Assembly: GCA_900553515.1 (NCBI GenBank)
Contig: USDN01000009.1
Location: forward strand, 123 to 64,122
Source of the DNA: an uncultured Blautia sp.
Lineage (GTDB): Bacteria; Bacillota; Clostridia; Lachnospirales; Lachnospiraceae
Direction of reading: 5' to 3'
Length of the DNA stretch: 64,000 nucleotides
Made by a program: the position numbers and the translations under genes. Below the pieces are notes generated by a model. The model ran no database searches and was not told the DNA's origin. It was given only the letters and a program-made list of their open reading frames with translations. Shown piece after piece: positions 58,884 through 64,000 of the stretch; the first letter of the stretch is position 1, and each line of letters opens with the position of its first letter.

Positions 58884-60065
58884 TTATTCTTTTTTCATTC
58901 TACCGCAGACCAGGATCCCCGTCAATAAAAGCGCTGGAAATACAACTGCCGCCAGGATGCCCATTTTGAGATTTTCACCCATGGCACTGGATACTGCGCC
59001 TACCACTGTAGGACCTCCGGAACATCCCAGATCTCCTCCCAGAGCCAGCAACGCAAACATGGCAGTTCCTCCTTTTGGAAGGGCCGCCGCTGCTTTACTG
59101 AAGCTTCCCGGCCACATGATTCCCACAGAAAGACCACAAACTGCGCAGGCTGCCAGGCTGAGAACAGGTGACGGAAAAAGTGCGATCCCCAGATAGGATA
59201 AAATACAGAGAATGCTGCTCCAGATCATAAAGTGATCCAATTGTATCCTGTCACCATATTTTCCATAAAATGCTCTGGACGCCCCCATCAGAACAGCAAA
59301 CGCCATAGGACCGGCCAGATCTCCTGCTGTCTTGGATATCTCCAGACCTTTTTCCGCAAATGTAGATGCCCATTGGCTTACCGCCTGTTCGCTTGCTCCG
59401 GCACAGACCATCATGAGCAGCAATACCCAGAAGATTTTTGAAGCAAAAAGCTCTTTCAAGCTAAGACCGCTTTCCCCATCCTCTATCAGAGAGGCCATAG
59501 GAACTCTGGTAAAAGCAAACGCATTGCAGATGGGGATCACAGCCCACACAACTGCCATGATCTTCCAGTTTTCAATACCTGCTGCCCGAAAGAATACAGT
59601 AGAAAGCAGCACCACTCCCACATGTCCCCAACAGTAAAAAGAATGCAGCATACTCATGGCCTTTTCTTTGTTATCAGAAGGACAGGCTTCTACTACAGGA
59701 CTTACCAGAACCTCCAGAAGACCACCGCCTACTGCATATACCATGACGGAGATCAGAATGCCCACAAATGGAGATGAAAAAAGCTCCGGAAGTATGGTCA
59801 GAAGTATCAGTCCGGCTGCAGAAAGCACATGAGCCATTACCATAGATACACGATACCCGATCCTGTCCACAAATCCAATGGCAAGAAGATCCACCAGAAG
59901 CTGTACGCCAAAATTAAAGGTCACCAGCAATGTAATCTGGGATAAAGGAATATCATAAGTTCTCTGAAAAGTCAGAAATAAAAGTGGGACAAAATTATTG
60001 ATGATCGCCTGCACGATATATCCCACAAAGCAGGCTGTAATTGTTTTATTGTACTGGTTTTTCAT
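58884..60065 (-). CDS. MFS transporter
   Basis: About 12 TM segments, VDRIGYR loop motif; start trimmed to ATG 60065. Confidence 0.88.
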   Translation of the reverse strand: MKNQYNKTITACFVGYIVQAIINNFVPLLFLTFQRTYDIPLSQITLLVTFNFGVQLLVDLLAIGFVDRIGYRVSMVMAHVLSAAGLILLTILPELFSSPFVGILISVMVYAVGGGLLEVLVSPVVEACPSDNKEKAMSMLHSFYCWGHVGVVLLSTVFFRAAGIENWKIMAVVWAVIPICNAFAFTRVPMASLIEDGESGLSLKELFASKIFWVLLLMMVCAGASEQAVSQWASTFAEKGLEISKTAGDLAGPMAFAVLMGASRAFYGKYGDRIQLDHFMIWSSILCILSYLGIALFPSPVLSLAACAVCGLSVGIMWPGSFSKAAAALPKGGTAMFALLALGGDLGCSGGPTVVGAVSSAMGENLKMGILAAVVFPALLLTGILVCGRMKKE

Positions 60066-60122
60066 CTTCTCCTCCTCAATAAGATCATTTAAGCATTTCT
60101 TCAAAACTGCCTTCCGGATAAT

Positions 60123-61655
60123 CTACCGAACCCTGACAAGTCCGTCTTCTGTCATCTGGTACACAGTTTCACATACCTCACGGATATATTTCCTGTCATG
60201 GGAAATGCTGATCACTGCCCCCTGATATTCCGCCAGAATCTCACGGATAACCGGATTGGACAGCGGTGAAAAATTTCTGGTAGGCTCATCAAGGATCAGC
60301 ACATCTGCTCCTGATAAGCTCATTTTTAACAGAAGTATCTTTGCTTTCTGCCCGCCGGACAGCTCTGAAATTTCATGATCCATCTCCTCTGCTGTGTATT
60401 TCAAAGCTCCCAGACAGGTGCGGATCCAGGTCTGCTCCTCCCTGTCTCCTTTCTCGGAAAGATACTCTACCGGTGTCATGGAAAGCTCCAGCATTTCCTC
60501 ATAATTCTGCGGCATATAAACGGCATGGATATCCTTTCTGTCCATCAGCTGTTCTGCTATCTTTCTCAGCAAAGTCGTCTTTCCGGCCCCGTTTTTCCCA
60601 ATGATGCAGACCTTTTCCGGCCCTTTGACCGTAAGCTGCAGATTCTTTGCAAGTACGGCTCCGTCAGGAGTTTCCAGACGATCCAGCTTGTACTCCAGAA
60701 GCATTTTTCCTGGCGGGAAGTTTACGTCTTTCATCCGGAAAAAAATTGCCTCTTCTTCCTCCGGCAGTCTTTCCATCTCCTCTGCCTCGCGGTCAAAACG
60801 ACGTTCCATAGACTTTACTGCCCGCATTTTTTTCTTCAGAAGATAGCCTGCATGGGGATCCTGACGGGAAACTGAATTCAAATCATTCTGTACTTTTTCC
60901 CGGATCCTGTTAAATTTTTCCTTCCTCTTTTTTTCTTCCCTCCGATCGTTCAATGCCTTTCGTCTCTGATTTTCAAAATTCAGATTTCTGCTTTCCAGAT
61001 ATTCTCTGTAGCCCGTATGTACTACCGTATAACGACTTTTTGTTTTGCGGCAGATCTGTTCCAGATGGATCACCATATTTGCAGTATTTTCGATCAGCGT
61101 TTCATCATGAGAAATAAAAAGCACTGCCTGCGTGGTTTCCTGTATCAGCTTTTCCAGCCATTCCAGAGTTTCAATATCAATGTCATTGGAAGGCTCATCT
61201 AGCAAAAATACCGACGGTTTTCCCACAAGTAATTTTGCCATCTGGACTTTTACTTTTTCACCTCCGGAAAGCGTCTGCATCTTCTGATCTCTGTAAAAAA
61301 AGTCTGCTTTCATCCCCATCTTTGATGCAATATCTGCCAGTTCCCGGGGCTCTGTCGCCCAGAACATTTCCTCCTCACAGAAAAATTCATAGATTGTTTT
61401 TTCCCTGTCTTCTTCCAGAAGTTCCTGCGGCAGATACCCCAGCTTTTCACCATGAACGATTCGTTCTCCTTCTGCCTCCACATAATCTCCTGTCAGCTCC
61501 GGCTGAAAAATCCATTTTAATAATGTAGATTTTCCATTTCCCTCTTCTCCAATGATAACAGCCTTATCTCCCGGATTCAATACCAGCTGAAAATCTTCCA
61601 GAATCACTCTGAGGTCATACTTATGCGTAAGCGTTAAATTTTTAATCTGTAACAT
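60123..61655 (-). CDS. ABC-F family ATPase (two NBDs, no TM domain)
   Basis: GEEGNGKST/LSGGE/LDEP and GKNGAGKTT/LSGGQ/LDEP joined by a charged helical linker. Confidence 0.88.
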   Translation of the reverse strand: MLQIKNLTLTHKYDLRVILEDFQLVLNPGDKAVIIGEEGNGKSTLLKWIFQPELTGDYVEAEGERIVHGEKLGYLPQELLEEDREKTIYEFFCEEEMFWATEPRELADIASKMGMKADFFYRDQKMQTLSGGEKVKVQMAKLLVGKPSVFLLDEPSNDIDIETLEWLEKLIQETTQAVLFISHDETLIENTANMVIHLEQICRKTKSRYTVVHTGYREYLESRNLNFENQRRKALNDRREEKKRKEKFNRIREKVQNDLNSVSRQDPHAGYLLKKKMRAVKSMERRFDREAEEMERLPEEEEAIFFRMKDVNFPPGKMLLEYKLDRLETPDGAVLAKNLQLTVKGPEKVCIIGKNGAGKTTLLRKIAEQLMDRKDIHAVYMPQNYEEMLELSMTPVEYLSEKGDREEQTWIRTCLGALKYTAEEMDHEISELSGGQKAKILLLKMSLSGADVLILDEPTRNFSPLSNPVIREILAEYQGAVISISHDRKYIREVCETVYQMTEDGLVRVR

Positions 61656-61673
61656 CCATTCCTCCTGTGCATT

Positions 61674-61707
61674 AAAAAATGTCTGTTTTCGCAGCCGAAA
61701 ACAGACA
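61674..61707 (-). terminator. Premature terminator in the ABC-F 5' leader
   Basis: TGTCTGTTTTCG-gctg-CGAAAACAGACA then TTTTTT, just before RBS AGGAGG. Confidence 0.85.
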
Positions 61708-61826
61708 AATGCAAACAGAACCCTTATATCATTAACGGTTCGCAAACATTCATTCATCAAATCCGGCATGCACAAACAGACCTGTTTCCAGGTACAACTT
61801 CCATGTTTGTTTCTTACCAAATTTGA

Positions 61827-61838
61827 TTATCTGAACAT
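61827..61838 (-). CDS. Putative leader peptide MFR
   Basis: AGGTGAGGAA-ATG TTC AGA TAA near the 5' end of the ABC-F leader. Confidence 0.55.
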   Translation of the reverse strand: MFR

Positions 61839-61880
61839 TTCCTCACCTACGCTTACGCGCCTTTCTTTCATTCTTTTTTG

Positions 61881-61909
61881 ACTATATCACAGAAAACAGC
61901 AGAATACAA
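61881..61909 (-). promoter_or_regulatory. SigA promoter of the ABC-F leader
   Basis: TTGTAT-17bp-TATAGT with TGn. Confidence 0.7.
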
Positions 61910-61912
61910 GTC

Positions 61913-62335
61913 CTAACTTTCCCATGTCATCTCATATTCTGCTTCACCGGTAGCCTCGTCCACGCCCTCTGTCCGGATCTGAAAATCCTCTCTCTGATAA
62001 AACCTTACCGCCGCCTGATTTTTTATATACACAGAAAGCCTGAGTTTCTGTTTTTTCCCTTTCATATACTTCATCAAAAGTTTCCCGATTCCTTTTGAAC
62101 GGAATTTTTCTGCCACAAATATCCCTGCAATATAGTCTTCCATCAGACCTGCAAATCCCTGGATTTTGCCTTCTGACTCATACACATATACTTCTGATTC
62201 CGGCAGTATAGACCTTACCTCTTCAAAGTGATTTTTCCAATATTTTTCCGGCACAAAATCATGAGCCTGTTCATTAGAATCCAGCCAGATCTCCATAACC
62301 GCATCCAGATCCCGAAGTTCCATTTTTCTTATCAT
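61913..62335 (-). CDS. GNAT acetyltransferase (YiaC-like)
   Basis: AHDFVP..YW, IAGIFV...RSKGIGK.L, N..AVRFY. Confidence 0.88.
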   Translation of the reverse strand: MIRKMELRDLDAVMEIWLDSNEQAHDFVPEKYWKNHFEEVRSILPESEVYVYESEGKIQGFAGLMEDYIAGIFVAEKFRSKGIGKLLMKYMKGKKQKLRLSVYIKNQAAVRFYQREDFQIRTEGVDEATGEAEYEMTWES

Positions 62336-63881
62336 TTTTTATCTCCTCTATTCTCTGAAGTATCATCTCCAGAAACCCATCCAGATCATCCGTACGCTTG
62401 CGTACCCCCGCGGAACCGGCATGACCACCTCCGCCAAAGGGTGCCAGAAGCTCATTCACATTTATCCATTTTCCATCCGAGCGGAAAGAACACCGGAAAC
62501 GCCCCGGTTCTTCCTCATACATGGTAAATCCCAGTTTTACATCTTCGCAGTCCCGCAAAAATTCACTGACCGGATGAATATCCTCATAAGAAATTCCCTT
62601 TTTCTCGATCATTTCCCGATCCACAATCACAAAAGCCGCCTGGTTATCCACAGCTCTCTGTACTTTCGAGAAAAGATATCCACGTTTCTGCAGATCATAC
62701 AGCGTATCATTGTGCATTGTCTGCATTACATATCCATGATCCACTCCAAGCCTGAGCAGTTCTGCTGCCGCCTGAAAAGTAGCTTCCCTGGCTCTGGCAA
62801 AGTTTCCAGTATCATGAAGGATTCCCATGTAAACATAATCTGCCGCATTGGGATGAAGTTGTTTTTCTTCATTTACAGCATTCTTCCACCTGTTCCAGTC
62901 CAGTATCTCATAAACATTTTCCGCACAGGCCTCTGAAACCCTGGTATGATTCACATCGCCATATCCCTCATTCGATGCATGATGGTCGATCACAATGGAC
63001 GCTTCAGCATTTTCATAGATCTCCCGGCCTGCCAGCCTTTTTAAGATTGCTGTATCACAGACGATCACTCCATATCTTTTCTCCTCAGGAAATATAAACG
63101 GATCAAACAGCTGATCCTTCTCTACCATTTTCTTCGGTCCCTTATCCAGTGTATCTTCCAGATAGGGAAGTACCTGATACTGCGGATATACTGCATGGAT
63201 ATAATGGGCTATTCCCATTACCGACCCGGATGCGTCTCCGTCAGGGTTGATATGCCCAAGAAGAATCACCGTGTCCAGCTGACGTTTTTCCATCATTTGA
63301 CAAAATACTTTATCAAATTCAAATTTCATATATTTTTCATTCATAAATGCAATCCACTGTTCTTTTGTCATGATATTTGTATGGCCGATTCTAACCTCAT
63401 TCAGTAAAGGCACTGGTACTTCCTCACAGGTATGATGATAAATAAATCCCACTTTTTCCTGTACTCTTTTTGATTTATTGTTTCCATCATAATATCCGCA
63501 CCATATTACAGACATATCAAGATCTTCAAATCCATGCCGGATCAGTTCTTTTGCCGCTTCAGGCATATATCCTCTTCCCCAAAATGGCTTTCCAAGCCAG
63601 TAACCCAGTTCACATTCATCCTCCTGATCTGTCATATCTGTGTGACCATTCAGCTTCAGTTCTATGGATCCTATGGCTGTATTATTCTCTTTTTCACAGA
63701 CTGCATAACATTCAGCCCCATTAAGAATATTTTTAATAACATCTAAGCTTTCTTCCACACTTTTATGCGGCGACCATCCAGCGATCGGACCCACATCAGG
63801 ATCCTTTGCATATTCATATAAACTTTTGGCATCATATTCATTCCATGGACGTAGTATTAATCTTTTTGTTTCGAATATCAT
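62274..63881 (-). CDS. RimJ/RimL-type GNAT fused to DHH/DHHA1 phosphoesterase
   Basis: ETKRLILRPW...ELGYWLG..FWGRGY...SKRVQEKVGF, then GHINPDGD, IDHH, HDTG, SFRS, GGGGH. Confidence 0.85.
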   Translation of the reverse strand: MIFETKRLILRPWNEYDAKSLYEYAKDPDVGPIAGWSPHKSVEESLDVIKNILNGAECYAVCEKENNTAIGSIELKLNGHTDMTDQEDECELGYWLGKPFWGRGYMPEAAKELIRHGFEDLDMSVIWCGYYDGNNKSKRVQEKVGFIYHHTCEEVPVPLLNEVRIGHTNIMTKEQWIAFMNEKYMKFEFDKVFCQMMEKRQLDTVILLGHINPDGDASGSVMGIAHYIHAVYPQYQVLPYLEDTLDKGPKKMVEKDQLFDPFIFPEEKRYGVIVCDTAILKRLAGREIYENAEASIVIDHHASNEGYGDVNHTRVSEACAENVYEILDWNRWKNAVNEEKQLHPNAADYVYMGILHDTGNFARAREATFQAAAELLRLGVDHGYVMQTMHNDTLYDLQKRGYLFSKVQRAVDNQAAFVIVDREMIEKKGISYEDIHPVSEFLRDCEDVKLGFTMYEEEPGRFRCSFRSDGKWINVNELLAPFGGGGHAGSAGVRKRTDDLDGFLEMILQRIEEIKNDKKNGTSGSGCGYGDLAGF

Positions 63882-64000
63882 CCTAATTATCACCTCAGTC
63901 TTCACAGGATATATGTGCATTGCTTTCATTTAGAGTATATCACATGCCGTCTGACAAATAAATTCCCTGTTTCATCTTCACACTGCCAACAACAAATATT

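Noticed and set aside
63930..64000. 3' end of an upstream minus-strand gene
   Set aside because: Too short to assign frame or product.

Overview
Chromosomal window from a low-GC Firmicute; gene content and codon style suggest a Lachnospiraceae (Blautia-like) gut anaerobe (inference). Most genes lie on the minus strand and are housekeeping or metabolic (pgi, secA, dapA/dapB, typA, adhE, hisA, apbE), with small accessory blocks: a Y-family polymerase/YolD cassette, a TCS-ABC module and an ABC-GrpB module. There is a complete type I-C CRISPR-Cas locus with 44 repeats and 43 spacers. Two candidate undescribed systems stand out. (1) Inside the cas locus, between cas3 and cas5c, sit a DUF3990 (ADP-ribosyltransferase-like) gene and a partner gene. 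Next to them is a divergently transcribed, promoter- and terminator-bounded single CRISPR repeat that keeps the 12-nt repeat end exactly and rebuilds the stem with a different sequence. Its spacer-like segment seed-matches a TTC-PAM site just upstream of the promoter that appears to drive the gene pair and the Cascade genes, suggesting a CRISPR-RNA-repressed toxin-antitoxin and cas autoregulation circuit. (2) A remodelled Rnf-like operon with a Rex-like box: rnfC, rnfD, an RnfG with a nested second FMN-binding domain, an RnfE-RnfA fusion, and no rnfB. It lies about 8 kb from apbE and a NusG-II/Gx-transporter pair, suggesting extracytosolic electron transfer. Also noted: an attenuator with a 3-residue uORF upstream of an ABC-F gene, a dispersed hairpin element whose end motif recurs at accessory-block borders, two domain fusions, and several operator arrays. 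All family calls come from motif recognition by eye; no searches were run.
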